A stretch of 64,000 nt of DNA from Spirochaetia bacterium (GCA_034520965.1 JAXHMY010000002.1:320001-384000); one strand, 5' to 3'; shown: positions 41,851 through 53,668, numbered from the stretch's first letter. Program-made: numbers and translations. The notes: generated by a model not told the origin, from the letters alone.

Positions 41851-41935
41851 ACGGCTATTTCCTTAACAGTTTCGTATGCCGCGTTGCGGCAACCGAAACA
41901 AGGAAAATAGCCGTATTCGGCTATTTTCTTAATAG
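41851..41935 (-). repeat. ~70-bp palindromic repeat, copy 2 (plus the start of a second unit)
   Basis: Reverse complement matches 16552-16620. Confidence 0.8.
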
Positions 41936-42565
41936 ATTCCACTCAACCGCCCGCTGTATTAATTCAGTAGAAGAATGCAGATCTAATTTTGTTTTTAAGT
42001 GAGACTTGTAGGTTTCGATTGTTTTTACACTTAAAGTTAAGCGTTTGGCAATTTCCCGCGTCTCCAGCCCATCACCAATCATACGGAATACTTCAAACTC
42101 CCGGTCGCTCAGAACATCAATTAGGGAAGTTTCTTTTTGTAAATTGCCTGCAAATAGTGATAACATTCGCTCTTGCATATCATCACTCAGGTACATAGAG
42201 CCCTTTAGTACGGTCCTAATTGCGGTCATTACATTTTCGGTAGCTTCACTTTTCATTATGTAGCCTTTCGCTCCGGCTCGAAGTGCGCGTTCGGCATATA
42301 CTCGCTCGTCATGCAGCGATATCACCATAGTTTTTACTCTTGGATACTGCACATTTATAATTTTAATTAATTCAAGGCCATCGCTCTCTTTTAAAGTAAG
42401 GTCCACTAAAGCTAGGTCCGGCTGCGTCTCGGAAATAACTGTCTGAGCAGACAGATGATCTTCAGCCTCCCCTACTACGGTAAGGTCCGACTCCCGATTG
42501 ATAAGCTGGGCAAAACCTTTACGCACAATCGGATGATCATCAATAATTACGATGCGTTTCTCCAT
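41921..42565 (-). CDS. NarL/LuxR-family response regulator
   Basis: DDHPIVR receiver; LSDRE.EVF...G....EIA..L.LS.KT HTH. Confidence 0.93.
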   Translation of the reverse strand: MEKRIVIIDDHPIVRKGFAQLINRESDLTVVGEAEDHLSAQTVISETQPDLALVDLTLKESDGLELIKIINVQYPRVKTMVISLHDERVYAERALRAGAKGYIMKSEATENVMTAIRTVLKGSMYLSDDMQERMLSLFAGNLQKETSLIDVLSDREFEVFRMIGDGLETREIAKRLTLSVKTIETYKSHLKTKLDLHSSTELIQRAVEWNLLRK

Positions 42566-42576
42566 CAGTGTTCCTT

Positions 42577-43983
42577 CTATTGAAATTTTGGATGAAATTT
42601 TGGAACCCGACAGATTACAGTGGTTCCGCTGTGTTCATTATCAAAAATAGAAAGGTGTCCATTTATGATGTTCGAACGAAACTCCATTATTTTTAAACCT
42701 AATCCCTGGCTTTCATGCCGCTCAATACCTTTTCCATTATCACGAACCTGCAAAAAATACTCGGAATCCTCTTCCTTTAACAATATCTCAATCTTTTCTG
42801 CATCTCCATAGCGTTTTGCATTGGTAATAGCCTCCTGGGCAATATGATACAATTGGGTAGCCATAGTTCCGTCTGTAATATCGTTCTCCAGATCAGTCTT
42901 ACACTCTATCTTGCAGTTATACAGGCTCTCTATCTGCAGAGTGAGTTCTTTTAAGGCAACCGATAAACCCTGATTTTCCAGAGTCACCGTAAGTAGATTT
43001 TTGGCTAAATTGCGTGTCTGTTTAATTGACTGGTTTACCATATCCTGTATTCTCCGTGCAGACTCAACTTCCTCTGGGCATTCTGACTCCTGCAGCTTAT
43101 TCTCCAGCAGTTTTAACTGTAAAGATATCCCTGTAAGATTCTGCCCAAGATTATCATGCAAATCTTTTCCGATTCTTCGGCGTTCTTTTTCAGATATTTC
43201 AAGAATCTCTCGCTCCAGCTGTTTTTTGGCGGTGATATCCCGGGCAATGAGAGACACACCGGTGACCTCATTCATCAAACCGCGAATCGGATTAATTTTC
43301 AGAGATATATTAATCACCTCGCCGTTTTTTCTCTGCCTCACCGTCTCATAGTGCTCAACTTCGATATTATCACCTATTTTGTCTAAAATATCCGGCAGTT
43401 CATTGGGATAAAAGGGAGGCGTAAGAAGAAGTAGATTTTTACCGCGAACATCTTCCTCGGTATAACCAAATATTTTTTCAGCCCCCTTGTTCCAACTGAT
43501 GATGGTCCCGTCCAAGGTTGCACCAATTACGGCATCGTTGATGCTCTTAAGGGTGATAGATAGAATCTCCTCATTTTTTCGCGCCTCCAGCTCCATTTTA
43601 TGTCGGTAGAGCGCCATCTCGATCATGGAGTGCAGATCGTTTTGATGGGAACTTTTGGTTATGTACCCGTAGGGTTCAGTTTTTTTAGCCCGGGACAGGG
43701 TATCTTCGTCTGAAAAGGTAGAGAGAAAAATGAAGGGGATGCTGAAACGTCTACGCAGATATTGGGCTGTCTCAATTCCATCTAACTCGCCCTTCAGCTT
43801 TACATCTAACAAGACTAAATCCAAACTGTGAGCGCTGATTACTTCCAGTGCTTTCTCGCCGGTCTCGACGGGTGGAAGAACAGTATAACCCAATGATTCC
43901 AGGGTGCGTGTGAGGTCAAGGGCGACTATCTGTTCGTCCTCAACAACCAGAATAATCGGCTTATCGTCATGATTATTCGACAA
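42577..43983 (-). CDS. REC-PAS-HisKA_3 histidine kinase
   Basis: ERRRIGKDLHDNLGQ, QEAITNA, DNGKG and GLGL motifs. Confidence 0.9.
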   Translation of the reverse strand: MSNNHDDKPIILVVEDEQIVALDLTRTLESLGYTVLPPVETGEKALEVISAHSLDLVLLDVKLKGELDGIETAQYLRRRFSIPFIFLSTFSDEDTLSRAKKTEPYGYITKSSHQNDLHSMIEMALYRHKMELEARKNEEILSITLKSINDAVIGATLDGTIISWNKGAEKIFGYTEEDVRGKNLLLLTPPFYPNELPDILDKIGDNIEVEHYETVRQRKNGEVINISLKINPIRGLMNEVTGVSLIARDITAKKQLEREILEISEKERRRIGKDLHDNLGQNLTGISLQLKLLENKLQESECPEEVESARRIQDMVNQSIKQTRNLAKNLLTVTLENQGLSVALKELTLQIESLYNCKIECKTDLENDITDGTMATQLYHIAQEAITNAKRYGDAEKIEILLKEEDSEYFLQVRDNGKGIERHESQGLGLKIMEFRSNIINGHLSIFDNEHSGTTVICRVPKFHPKFQ

Positions 43984-44042
43984 TCTGTCTCCTCCTGCCG
44001 TTGCAGCTAATCGGCGTATGAAATTTTAATAGAAAGACTTAT

Positions 44043-45833
44043 TTATAAGAAATCATTTGTTTCTATGTATGCGCCCAGCTGTACCCCGGTTTCTAAAAAA
44101 CCGGCTTTACGCTTTTTGATTCTAATCTGTGCAAGTAAAACCTTCTGCTCTTCGAGATATTTCCATTGTTGTAATGAGAATGGATCGTTTACGCTGATTC
44201 CTGTTTCATCGGCCACGCTTCCGTTATACACTTTTTTGACTAAATATCTGGTGCCCAGGAGGTTGTCACGGATTTTTTCAACCTGCATACCAAAGGCAGG
44301 AGCAAACAGCTGTTCAGGCTGTCCGTAATCGATGATTTTCTTTAGGGGAATTTCCGGCCGGGTAGACAAAACGGTAAGCCCCTTATGCTGCATTGATCCA
44401 CGGCTCCATTTTATTTCTACTAACGTTTCAGGCGTATAATGGAGAATGGTATCATGGGCCGCAACTATAGAGTCCACCGCTGTGCCTGCCAGCTTTTTCA
44501 GTACATCTCCGGCTTGAATGCCGATTCTATCGGCAGGACTGCCCGGAAGCACATACTTAACCTCCAAGCCCTCATCCATTTTATACAAGGATACCCCTAA
44601 AAAGGGGTGTGATATCCGGCCTTCCTTATACAGCTGGGGAAAAATATGCATTACCCACTGAACAGGAATCGCAAAGTTGATACCCTCAAACTGCTCTATT
44701 CCGGCAAATACTACTCCAATTAAATTACCGTTTCCGTCAAGCAGGGGGCCACCGCTGTTTCCCTGGTTAATAGGAACATCGACCTGAACTACATTTCCCA
44801 TTTGTAAAAAACGGCGATCAGTAGCAGATACAATTCCGGAGGTAACCGTATTCTCCAGCCCCCCGGGAGAACCGATAGCATAGATTCTATCGCCCGCAGA
44901 CTGCTGCTTCACAGGACTGAAGGAAAGCACGGTCTCCGGTGACATCTCTACCTTTAATAGGGCAATATCAAAGGCGCTATCATATCCAACCACCTTGGCC
45001 GGTATTTTATCTTCCGGGTTCTTCGACGGACGAATATAGAGGCGTGAGTAGCCTTCATATTTTGGATCGACCTGGCTTCTAATAACATGATAGTTGGTAA
45101 TGATGTATCCACGGCGGTCTACATAGAACCCGCTTCCGATCACTCTATCGGGTAAACCAACACCATCTTCAATCCGCATCCCGCGATTTACCCAGATAGT
45201 TACAGTTCCACGTATAAGCTGGGCCTGACTGTATTTATCGGCTGAATTTTCCGGCAACTGATGCACCGTCTCGACATCACGCCTCCCCAGTTCCTCCAAA
45301 ATCATACCGGCGGTAGTGTACTTTTCTTCCTCAATAGCCGCTTCCAGCATCTGCTGCAGATGTTCCTCTTCAAAGATGGAAAAATCATCCATCTGCCGAG
45401 CTAAGGACAAGGCTCGGACCGGGTTTCCCTTTTCAAGTTCATACATAACGTGATCACGCTTCAGAGACAAGTGCTCACTGTCGAGAAGCTCTTCCCAAGC
45501 TGCTTGCCGGGCCGACACGGAAAGGCGTAAAGCGGTTTCATATTCATGCTTATCAAGGGAAGCTTGAAATTTCTGTTTCAAATCCTCCTTGAGTTTTTCC
45601 TGTAATACCACAAGTTCTGAAGATTGTTCACCGGTCCCCTCGCGCTCTGCCCGAGACCGCAGCAGGAACAGGTCCTGCATGGCCGTTACAATCCGGCCGT
45701 CTTCCCGGGCTTGTTCGATTCTACTTACATTTATCTCATACAGAGGCTGGATTGCCCCTTTATCAGGTACACCGGTACATCCGGCGAGTAGTATTAATAC
45801 AGCCCCTAACAGGAGCCCATAACGCTGTATCAT
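44043..45833 (-). CDS. S1C/HtrA-like serine protease lipoprotein with PDZ
   Basis: Lipobox LLAGC; TNYHV, DIALLK and GNSGGP triad; PDZ. Confidence 0.88.
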   Translation of the reverse strand: MIQRYGLLLGAVLILLAGCTGVPDKGAIQPLYEINVSRIEQAREDGRIVTAMQDLFLLRSRAEREGTGEQSSELVVLQEKLKEDLKQKFQASLDKHEYETALRLSVSARQAAWEELLDSEHLSLKRDHVMYELEKGNPVRALSLARQMDDFSIFEEEHLQQMLEAAIEEEKYTTAGMILEELGRRDVETVHQLPENSADKYSQAQLIRGTVTIWVNRGMRIEDGVGLPDRVIGSGFYVDRRGYIITNYHVIRSQVDPKYEGYSRLYIRPSKNPEDKIPAKVVGYDSAFDIALLKVEMSPETVLSFSPVKQQSAGDRIYAIGSPGGLENTVTSGIVSATDRRFLQMGNVVQVDVPINQGNSGGPLLDGNGNLIGVVFAGIEQFEGINFAIPVQWVMHIFPQLYKEGRISHPFLGVSLYKMDEGLEVKYVLPGSPADRIGIQAGDVLKKLAGTAVDSIVAAHDTILHYTPETLVEIKWSRGSMQHKGLTVLSTRPEIPLKKIIDYGQPEQLFAPAFGMQVEKIRDNLLGTRYLVKKVYNGSVADETGISVNDPFSLQQWKYLEEQKVLLAQIRIKKRKAGFLETGVQLGAYIETNDFL

Positions 45834-45860
45834 AATATCTCCGCTTCCTATAACTCATTA

Positions 45861-45898
45861 TTCATTCTCAAAGTTCATTCTCAAAGTTCATTCTCAAA
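45861..45898. repeat. 13-bp tandem repeat x3 (ttcattctcaaag)
   Basis: Directly visible at the gene 3' end. Confidence 0.85.
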
Positions 45899-47539
45899 CT
45901 GCATCTGATATTCGACCTTACCGTCTTCATCAGTGTCCCACTTCCGCATTGGAATCCCTTCATACTCTTCAATATACTCGGGAATGCCGTTCTTGTTTCC
46001 ATCATAGGTAATTCTTATAAGTTTTGCATCCCGATAATACTCAATAATTTCAAAAAAACCATCGCCATCCATATCCCGTCGCCGCTCGGTAATAGTACCG
46101 GAAAGAAGGTCTGATTCTACTTGCGATTTTCCCCCTATCACCGCCTCTAACAAGCCCTTGTTACGCGAGAAAAAGTAGGATTGTGGATCTGTTCTGTTCG
46201 TTTTAGCTCGTATGTCGGCGGAATTCGCCAAAAGTGTACTGAGTACAGGTACCGTTTCAACAGTAGGCAGCGGTACCGGGTTCGGGGCGCTATAATTTTC
46301 CCAGTTCGGCAGATGATACCGCACACTGTAGGGCACTAGATCTATTTCGATTACCGAGCGGCCTACAACGCTTTTTGCCTCAGACAATTGAGGGTAATTA
46401 GAATAAGATAAGCTTAGCGAATTATTATCCCCAGTCTGCACACTGATCCATGAGGGGCGTCCCTTCTGTAGTTCCAAAACCCGTTCAAACCTGTAAAAAC
46501 CGGTGGAGACCTCTTCTACACGCTGAATAATTCCACGCAGATATGTCTCGCGGATCTCCACCTCGCCGTCCTCATCCGGATCACGCCTCACCTCGCCGCT
46601 AAATCTTAGAAAAGCTTGATTGACATCAGTTTCACCAGTAAAAACTTTAGAGATATCCAACAACATGGTGAGCTGTGTATCAGTTACAGTGGTAAGGCTT
46701 GAAAAGAGCTGCTCCAACTCCGTCACAGGGAGCTCCTGGCGCACACGGTACCCCTGCACACGGGAGAAAAAATCGCTCCCCCACCTTTCAGAATACAGTG
46801 CAAGCAGTCTTGCAAGATCCGCAGGGCGGTGGGTAGCAGCTATCAGTGCCTGGTAAGCCGGTTTTGAATAATAATTACTTTCATCGTTTTGCAGTATATT
46901 TTGTCGCAGCTGCCGGCGGTATTCAGAGTTCTGCTGAGCATACTGCTGTTGAAAAAAAGCATCCTCAGGATACAGATTTATCCCTCGGCTCACCTGCTTC
47001 TTTAGCTGCTCGATATATCCCTCCGTACGCAAGGCACGTACGGCAATTTTTAGGTACTCCCGCTGTTGTTGCACCTCATAGGGGAGGTTCTGAATCAGGA
47101 CCAGCGCCTGCTGGGCATGGTCAAAACGGGTTAACAAGTCCAGGTACTCAAGAAAAACATTTTCTTTACCAAATAAGTCAAACGCTCCTCCGCTCAATGC
47201 GGAGGTCATATGTTCTATAGCTCTCTCGTAATTTTCATTCTGCATATGTGTTTTAGCCTGTAAATACAGTGCATCAGGATTGTTCTTCCAAAACACAAGT
47301 GCGGTTTCTGTAAATTTTGCGCTTAATTCAGAGTTACCGGCCTCAGCGCTTTGGCGAGCCAGGCGGGTATAGTGGGTCGAGAGTTCTTGGTTAGGTAGTG
47401 AACCGTACTGCTGCCCATGCAAATGTATCCCGGGAAGACTGATCAGCAGTGTGAAGCAGAGCGCATAAAAAATGCTGTTACTCTTTATCTTCCGCCTCTT
47501 CCCCCGTTTCGGGTGACTCTGTGCGTTGATTCGTCTCAC
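45881..47539 (-). CDS. Exported TPR-like hypothetical protein with C-terminal DxDxDG repeats
   Basis: Signal-like FYALCFTLLISL; TPR-like helices; DMDGDG and DTDEDG; start uncertain (GTG 47539). Confidence 0.6.
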   Translation of the reverse strand: MRRINAQSHPKRGKRRKIKSNSIFYALCFTLLISLPGIHLHGQQYGSLPNQELSTHYTRLARQSAEAGNSELSAKFTETALVFWKNNPDALYLQAKTHMQNENYERAIEHMTSALSGGAFDLFGKENVFLEYLDLLTRFDHAQQALVLIQNLPYEVQQQREYLKIAVRALRTEGYIEQLKKQVSRGINLYPEDAFFQQQYAQQNSEYRRQLRQNILQNDESNYYSKPAYQALIAATHRPADLARLLALYSERWGSDFFSRVQGYRVRQELPVTELEQLFSSLTTVTDTQLTMLLDISKVFTGETDVNQAFLRFSGEVRRDPDEDGEVEIRETYLRGIIQRVEEVSTGFYRFERVLELQKGRPSWISVQTGDNNSLSLSYSNYPQLSEAKSVVGRSVIEIDLVPYSVRYHLPNWENYSAPNPVPLPTVETVPVLSTLLANSADIRAKTNRTDPQSYFFSRNKGLLEAVIGGKSQVESDLLSGTITERRRDMDGDGFFEIIEYYRDAKLIRITYDGNKNGIPEYIEEYEGIPMRKWDTDEDGKVEYQMQFENEL

Positions 47540-49483
47540 GTGTCTCTCCCCCTCCGCTATCTGCAGGCTTTTCAACCGGACCATGGGTCTCACTGTGCAG
47601 CCGGCTCTCTGAAGCCGCTTCAGGCAAGCCCAGTAAGACTCGGATTTCGGTATCCGCCAGGGTTTCCTTCTGAACGAGTTCTTCGGCCAGTAGTGTAAGT
47701 TGGTCCATATGCTCTGTAAGTATAGCACGAGTATCCCCTAGACACTCATCAAGAATTTTCTTTACCTCTGAATCTACAGTCTGGGCCGTGTGCTCGGAGT
47801 AATCCTTATGCTGGGCAATCTCTTTACCTATAAAGATTGGTTCGTCTTCCTGGCCCAGTGAAAAGAAACCTAACTCACTACTCATACCCCACTCAGTGAC
47901 CATCCGGCGGGCAATACTGGTGGCCTGTTCAATGTCATTCTTTGTGCCGGTGGTGGTTTCATGATACACAAGCTCTTCGGCCACATAGCCGCCCATTGCA
48001 ATCTTAATCCGGTCGGTGAGCCAGCTCTTGTTTTTGGAATAAGAATCCTTTTCAGGCAGACTCATAGCCAAACCCAGGGCTTGACCATGGGGAATCACGG
48101 TTACCTTGTGCAGCGGGTCGGCGTGTTTTAAGGTAGTAATGCAGCAATGCATGGCCGGCCTCATGAAACGCGGTTGCCCGTTTATCTTCATCTGTAATGA
48201 CCCTTGATTTGCGGGCGATTCCATAGCAGTATCTTATCGCGGGCCTCCTCAAAATGCTGCATGCTGACCCGCGTTTTATTTACCCGGGCAGCAAACAAGG
48301 CCGCTTCATTTACCAGATTAGCTAAATCGGCTCCGGAGGTTCCGGGGGTTGCACGAGCAATTCTACTGGTATCAACATCATCCTCCAAATGGATTTTGCC
48401 ACAGTGGATTTTAATTATCGCCTCACGCTCTTTTACATCGGGCATATCAACCACTACCTGACGGTCAAAGCGGCCTGGACGCAGCAGTGCCGGGTCCAGC
48501 ACATCCGGCCGGTTAGTAGCGGCTAAAATAATTACACCCTCTTGCGTATCAAAGCCGTCCATCTCTACCAGCATCTGGTTCAGGGTTTGTTCCCGTTCAT
48601 CGTGGCCGCCACCGTAACCGGCACCGCGGGTGCGGCCTACCGCATCAAGCTCATCGATAAACAAAATACAGGGCGCACTTTTGCGCCCCTGTTCAAACAA
48701 ATCGCGCACTCGGCTCGCCCCAACTCCCACAAACATTTCTACAAAATCAGAGCCCGACATATGAAAGAAGGATACTTCCGCCTCGCCGGCGACGGCCTTT
48801 GCAAGCAGAGTTTTTCCGGTTCCAGGCATTCCCACCAGTAAGACCCCTTTGGGTATTTTTGCTCCGATACTAGTGAACTTACTGGGGTTCTTCAGAAAAT
48901 CCACTACTTCCTGCAGCTCGTATTTGGCCTCATGCTGACCAGCTACGTCGTGAAAGCGAATTTTTTCCGACTGCTCCAGATACTCTTTCGCACGGCTCTT
49001 TCCAAAAGAGAAGGCCTTACCTCCACCACCCTGTACTTGCCTGAACATAAACCAGAAAAACACCAGGAAAAGAATCCATGGTATAAGCTCCAGAAAAACC
49101 CTTGCCGGAGAAATACCCTTTGAACCGCCGGAGATTTTTACATTATTTTCTCGCAGCATAACTAACAGTTCATCATGATAATAAGGAATGGTGGTAGTAA
49201 AAGCAGTAGCCCCCACACCCTGACTCATCAGTGTCCCCTGAATTTCTGTATTGTCCAGAATCTTTACAGAATCTATCTGCCCATTCTCGACATACCCCAG
49301 AAACACTGAATAGGGAATCTCATTACTTGGACTAGTTCCGCTGAACATAAACATCAAGACAAACATAAAGGTCAGGGTAACTAAAAAAATAAGAGCGAAC
49401 TTATTCCGGCCGAAATCGAATTTCGGTGAGTTCTGATTATTATTGTCATTATTGCTGTTGTTATTCTGATTATCTCCGCTCAC
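47478..49483 (-). CDS. ftsH: ATP-dependent zinc metalloprotease FtsH (frameshifts ~48130-48225)
   Basis: [27 protein letters not shown] and HEAGH motifs. Confidence 0.95.
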
Positions 49484-50873
49484 TCTTCAACTCCATTATT
49501 TCAAATCGCGTATCAACTTCCTCTAAACTCTTTGCAAAGGGGCTCCACAAAATTTTGCGGGGTAACTGTAAGGGTATCACTGCCAAAATACCACGTTGAT
49601 CTTCAATCAGCGCTATCTCAGAACGATTTTCCTTCGGAACACCACTCTCTCGCAGTGCTTCGCTAATCCGCTTCCTGCCGCCGCGCAATTTTATCGCATC
49701 TCCCTCACGCTTAGACCGAATTACACAGACCCCTTTCGCGCTAAATTCTACATCATTCAATCTAAACTGAGGAGATTTATCAAGGGCTTTAGATACAAAC
49801 CTAATTTTAAAGCCTGTTCCCAGATAAATGCTACCCGTTTGTATTACAATAAGATAACTGTTTTTTGTGTTTGGGACAACAGCCCTCTCCCAAAAAAGTA
49901 AGGCCCCCCGCTTCTCCATCCGAATTCCGTAGCCTTCACCGCAGCGATAATGGGCAACAGTAGTTCTGCAGTCACACAGCTGCCGCACAAAGCGATACGG
50001 AAGCCGTTGTTGAGAGCTTGGAAACCACCGATTGTAAAGCCTGTATAACAGTCTTACCCGTATGTACAGGGGAAGATCAATAAAATCATCATAGGGGTAA
50101 TCTGCCCGGGTGTCAGTGCAGCGAATCTCGGGCACCGAATGCTCACGTTCCGACAAAACCGCGTCAACCGCCGCCATCTTGTCGGCCAGGGTCTGCAGCG
50201 CCGTATCAACTCCCGGAAAAGCTTCACGTATGCCCGGTAACAGGGTATGTCGGATGTAATTTCGGGTATAGGCCGTATTGGTATTGCTTGAATCAAGGCT
50301 GTAATGCAGCGAGCTATGGGAAAGGTAGTCCTGAAGATCCGCCTTAGAAATATTCAGCAGCGGACGCCAAAGCCGGCCTGTCTGTGATGAAATGCCCTTC
50401 AAACCTTCCGGACCGGAACCCTGGAAACAGCGCATCAAAACTGTCTCCACCTGATCATCGAAGGTGTGTCCGAGTGCAGTAAAACGGGATTCCACAATTT
50501 CAGCCATTTTATGCAGAAAGGCATATCGATATATACGAGCGGAGGCTTCCGTACCCAGCTGTTCATTGTCATGGCGACTGATATAGCCGGGAGGTAAAAA
50601 CTTTATGTAAAGTGGTATATCTAAAAAACTGCACAAGCTGCGCACTATTCGAAGCTCCTGCTCGCGCTCAATCAAGGTACGAAGCCCATGATCGATGTAT
50701 ACTGCATAAAGATCTAATGACAGCTTGGATTGAATGCTCTTTAGCAGCGACAGCAGGGCTGTTGAATCCGGACCACCTGAATAGGCAATACACAGGGTAT
50801 CCCCCGGTTTCAGGCCGACCTTTTCGGCACTAGTCAGCAGCGCCGTCTGGAGTGTTTCTGCGATTGAACTCAT
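49470..50873 (-). CDS. tilS: tRNA(Ile)-lysidine synthetase
   Basis: [15 protein letters not shown] and RNYIRH motifs; upstream of ftsH. Confidence 0.92.
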   Translation of the reverse strand: MSSIAETLQTALLTSAEKVGLKPGDTLCIAYSGGPDSTALLSLLKSIQSKLSLDLYAVYIDHGLRTLIEREQELRIVRSLCSFLDIPLYIKFLPPGYISRHDNEQLGTEASARIYRYAFLHKMAEIVESRFTALGHTFDDQVETVLMRCFQGSGPEGLKGISSQTGRLWRPLLNISKADLQDYLSHSSLHYSLDSSNTNTAYTRNYIRHTLLPGIREAFPGVDTALQTLADKMAAVDAVLSEREHSVPEIRCTDTRADYPYDDFIDLPLYIRVRLLYRLYNRWFPSSQQRLPYRFVRQLCDCRTTVAHYRCGEGYGIRMEKRGALLFWERAVVPNTKNSYLIVIQTGSIYLGTGFKIRFVSKALDKSPQFRLNDVEFSAKGVCVIRSKREGDAIKLRGGRKRISEALRESGVPKENRSEIALIEDQRGILAVIPLQLPRKILWSPFAKSLEEVDTRFEIMELKSERR

Positions 50874-51418
50874 TCATCACCTTCTCCGGTGCAGTAGTCA
50901 CTAGCTCGACCAGTGCATCAGAGGCACGGTCGATTCCCGCCTCCAGATCCGCTCGCTCGTCAGCTGCTGGGTACACCTAATACATACTTTACTACATCAC
51001 CACGATATTGAGGCCTGCCAATACCAACATATACTCGCAGAAAGTCTTTTGTACCAAGGTGTTGTACCAATGAAGCTAAACCGTTGTGACCGGCGGTTCC
51101 TCCGCCCTGTTTTACCCTGACTACTCCTGTTGAAAGATCTAAATTATCACAGACAACCACAAGCTTATCAGAGGATAATTGGAATTTGCGTTTTAATACA
51201 GGCAGAATATTGCCAGAATTGTTCATGTAGGTTAGGGGTTCAATGAAAACAACTTTCTTCCCTGCAAATCGCCCTTCAGCAGAGCGATACTTTTTACCTA
51301 AATTTTTTTTAAGCGCAATGCCGGCTTTTTGAGCAGCCTGTTCCACTGCTAGAAAACCGACATTGTGACGGGTTTGTTCGTATTTTGTCCCGGGATTCCC
51401 CAAGCCGATAAAAATCAA
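50830..51418 (-). CDS. pth: Peptidyl-tRNA hydrolase (frameshift ~50965)
   Basis: GLGNPG, TRHNVG, YMNNSG and GHNGL motifs. Confidence 0.93.
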
Positions 51419-51447
51419 TCCGAATATCGAGCTTTGAGTAACCTAGG

Positions 51448-52105
51448 TTACTCTTCAGCTCCCTCTTCGCCTTCGCCTTCAGCTTCTTCACCTTCAGCTT
51501 CTTCACCCTCAAGGCCTTCTTCACCTTCGACTTCTTCTTCCTCTTCAGGCAGTTCTTCTTTCTGAGTGGTTACGGTTACTAGTACCTGTTCAGGAAGACT
51601 AAGAACTTTAACTCCTTCCGGGATATCAAGGTCCTCGACGTGAATGGTATCGCCGATGTTCAAACTCTCGACATTGACTAGTGAAGTATTCTGGAATATC
51701 GGCGGGCACACATTCAACCTCTACCTCATGCAGACGCTCTTCTAACAGACCGCCCTCTTTCACACCGGCCGGAGTACCTTCGACATGTACCGGAATATTG
51801 GTACGCAGGGTTTTCCCTTTCTCAATTTCAAAAAAATCAATATGAGTAGTAAAACCGCGAATAGTGTCTTCCTGATAATCTTTTACCAGCACATCATGCT
51901 TCTCTTTTCCCAACTCAAGTGTAATGATCGTATTTTCAGAAACTGAGTGGAATTTTTTTTCAAACTCATTTTGTGGTACAGAAATTGATTTTGATTCATG
52001 GGCACCGTAGATTACAGCTGGTATCCAGCCGCCACGACGCAGTCGTCCTGAGGCTCCCTTTTTCAATTCAGTTCTGTTATAAGCTGCCAGCGTTTGACGC
52101 TTCAT
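51448..52105 (-). CDS. rplY: 50S ribosomal protein L25/Ctc (frameshift ~51678)
   Basis: LRRGGWIPAVIYG and HIDF motifs; acidic tail. Confidence 0.92.
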
Positions 52106-52141
52106 GCTTTCACTCCTTATGACTCTTTCAGTTAAAATAAT

Positions 52142-52214
52142 CTGGGGCGGTAGGATTTGAACCTACGAATACCGGCACCAAAAACCGGTGGCTTAACCGC
52201 TTGCCAACGCCCCA
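52142..52214 (-). tRNA. tRNA-Gln(TTG)
   Basis: TGGGGCG acceptor; ccggt-ttTTGgt-gccgg anticodon arm. Confidence 0.95.
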
Positions 52215-52359
52215 AAGCGTACATAAAAATAGCCACCCAAATTTGAGTGTGCGGAGCACTATATCATAATGCTCTTTGTATTTCTACCACCTAAGAAAAC
52301 TTTTTTCAAGCACAGCTTAGGCCTTTTTATCGGTTGTGAAGCGGCATGCGAGACTAATT

Positions 52360-52398
52360 AAAAGGCATCCCCTCCGTTTTTCTGAGGGAATGCCTTTG
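52360..52398 (-). terminator. Terminator after spoVG
   Basis: aaaggcat.ccctc/gaggg.atgccttt hairpin. Confidence 0.6.
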
Positions 52399-52451
52399 AA
52401 AATTGTAATTCACCGAGTTAGTTTAACAGAGATACATCTCTACCGAAGCCT

Positions 52452-52754
52452 CTACTCCGAGTAGTCTTCATGACCCCCGACAGTTTCTACGCTCCCGTTC
52501 TCAACTTGTCGTTCATACTCTTCCAAAATTTTCTCCTGCAGCATACCACGGAAATCGGAGTTAATTGGATGGGCTACATCCTTATATTCACCTTTTTTAG
52601 TTTTCCTGCTTGGCATTGCAATAAAAGCCCCATTTTTCCCTTCAATGATTTTGACATTGTGTACTACAAAACAGTCATCAAAAGTCACCGTTACATAAGC
52701 TTTTAGCTTTCCTTCGGTTCCAACTTTTCTGATTCTGATGTCAGTAATGTCCAT
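52452..52754 (-). CDS. spoVG: SpoVG nucleic-acid-binding protein
   Basis: [18 protein letters not shown] and YKDVAHPI motifs. Confidence 0.95.
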   Translation of the reverse strand: MDITDIRIRKVGTEGKLKAYVTVTFDDCFVVHNVKIIEGKNGAFIAMPSRKTKKGEYKDVAHPINSDFRGMLQEKILEEYERQVENGSVETVGGHEDYSE

Positions 52755-52792
52755 ATTACCTCCATGCCAGTGACAACATTCCTTAAGTTGGT

Positions 52793-53668
52793 TTAATTGT
52801 AAACTGCCTCCGGCAGGGACGCAAGCATTTTTACCTTCCACACCTTTTTTATGCTTTTTTTTACCTCCGCATAACAGGACTCCGCTTTTTCTGTATCTCG
52901 AAAGACTCCAAAAAGCGCAGAACCACTTCCTGAGACATTTACATAATCGGCTCCTTGACCATTGAGCAATTGCAGCCAGGCTTTTAGCTGCGGATGATGA
53001 TGTATCAGTACCGGTGTAAAACTGTTAAAAAAAGTCCATTTTCGGGGCGATAAAGCATACAGATGCAAAATTTCTTGTCCCGACAAGGAATTAACTGTAT
53101 TCCCGGTAAATTCATCCAGCTGAGCGTAAGCCTCTCCGGTGGCTACATCAATATCGGGCTTCACCACAACGCAATTACAGGCCGCAGGGGTTTCAATTGC
53201 TTTAATAATCTCTCCGCGCCCCTCCACCAAAGCTGAAGGGCTGTACAAGAAAAAGGGAACATCACTGCCCAGTTCAGCCGCAATACGCAATAGACGTCTT
53301 CGCTCCAGTTCTACCGGATGCACCAGCTGCAAAAGCCGCAGCATTGCCGCTGCATCGCTCGAACCACCTCCCAGTCCTGCCATTGCTGGAATATTCTTAC
53401 GACAGTCTACCTGCACACCGGTATACTCACCCGCCTCTTCACAGTAGCTCCGATACGCCTTCCAGATGAGGTTCTGCTCCAAGGGGAGGTTACCACAGCC
53501 CTGAAGGCTAAAATTTTTGTCGTTGGTCCTATGGACCCGCAGCTCGTCAGCCAGAGAAATCATTACGAAAAGCGATCGAATTTCATGGAAACCATCCGGG
53601 CGGCGGGCCCGAATGTCCAAATGGAGGTTCAACTTTGCCGGTGCCGTCATACTGATAACCTTATGCAT
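52793..53668 (-). CDS. ispE: 4-(cytidine 5'-diphospho)-2-C-methyl-D-erythritol kinase
   Basis: [29 protein letters not shown] and SGSGS motifs. Confidence 0.95.
   Translation of the reverse strand: MHKVISMTAPAKLNLHLDIRARRPDGFHEIRSLFVMISLADELRVHRTNDKNFSLQGCGNLPLEQNLIWKAYRSYCEEAGEYTGVQVDCRKNIPAMAGLGGGSSDAAAMLRLLQLVHPVELERRRLLRIAAELGSDVPFFLYSPSALVEGRGEIIKAIETPAACNCVVVKPDIDVATGEAYAQLDEFTGNTVNSLSGQEILHLYALSPRKWTFFNSFTPVLIHHHPQLKAWLQLLNGQGADYVNVSGSGSALFGVFRDTEKAESCYAEVKKSIKKVWKVKMLASLPEAVYN

Noticed and set aside
43996..44030. Fourth copy of the ~70-bp repeat
   Set aside because: Similarity too weak to call by eye
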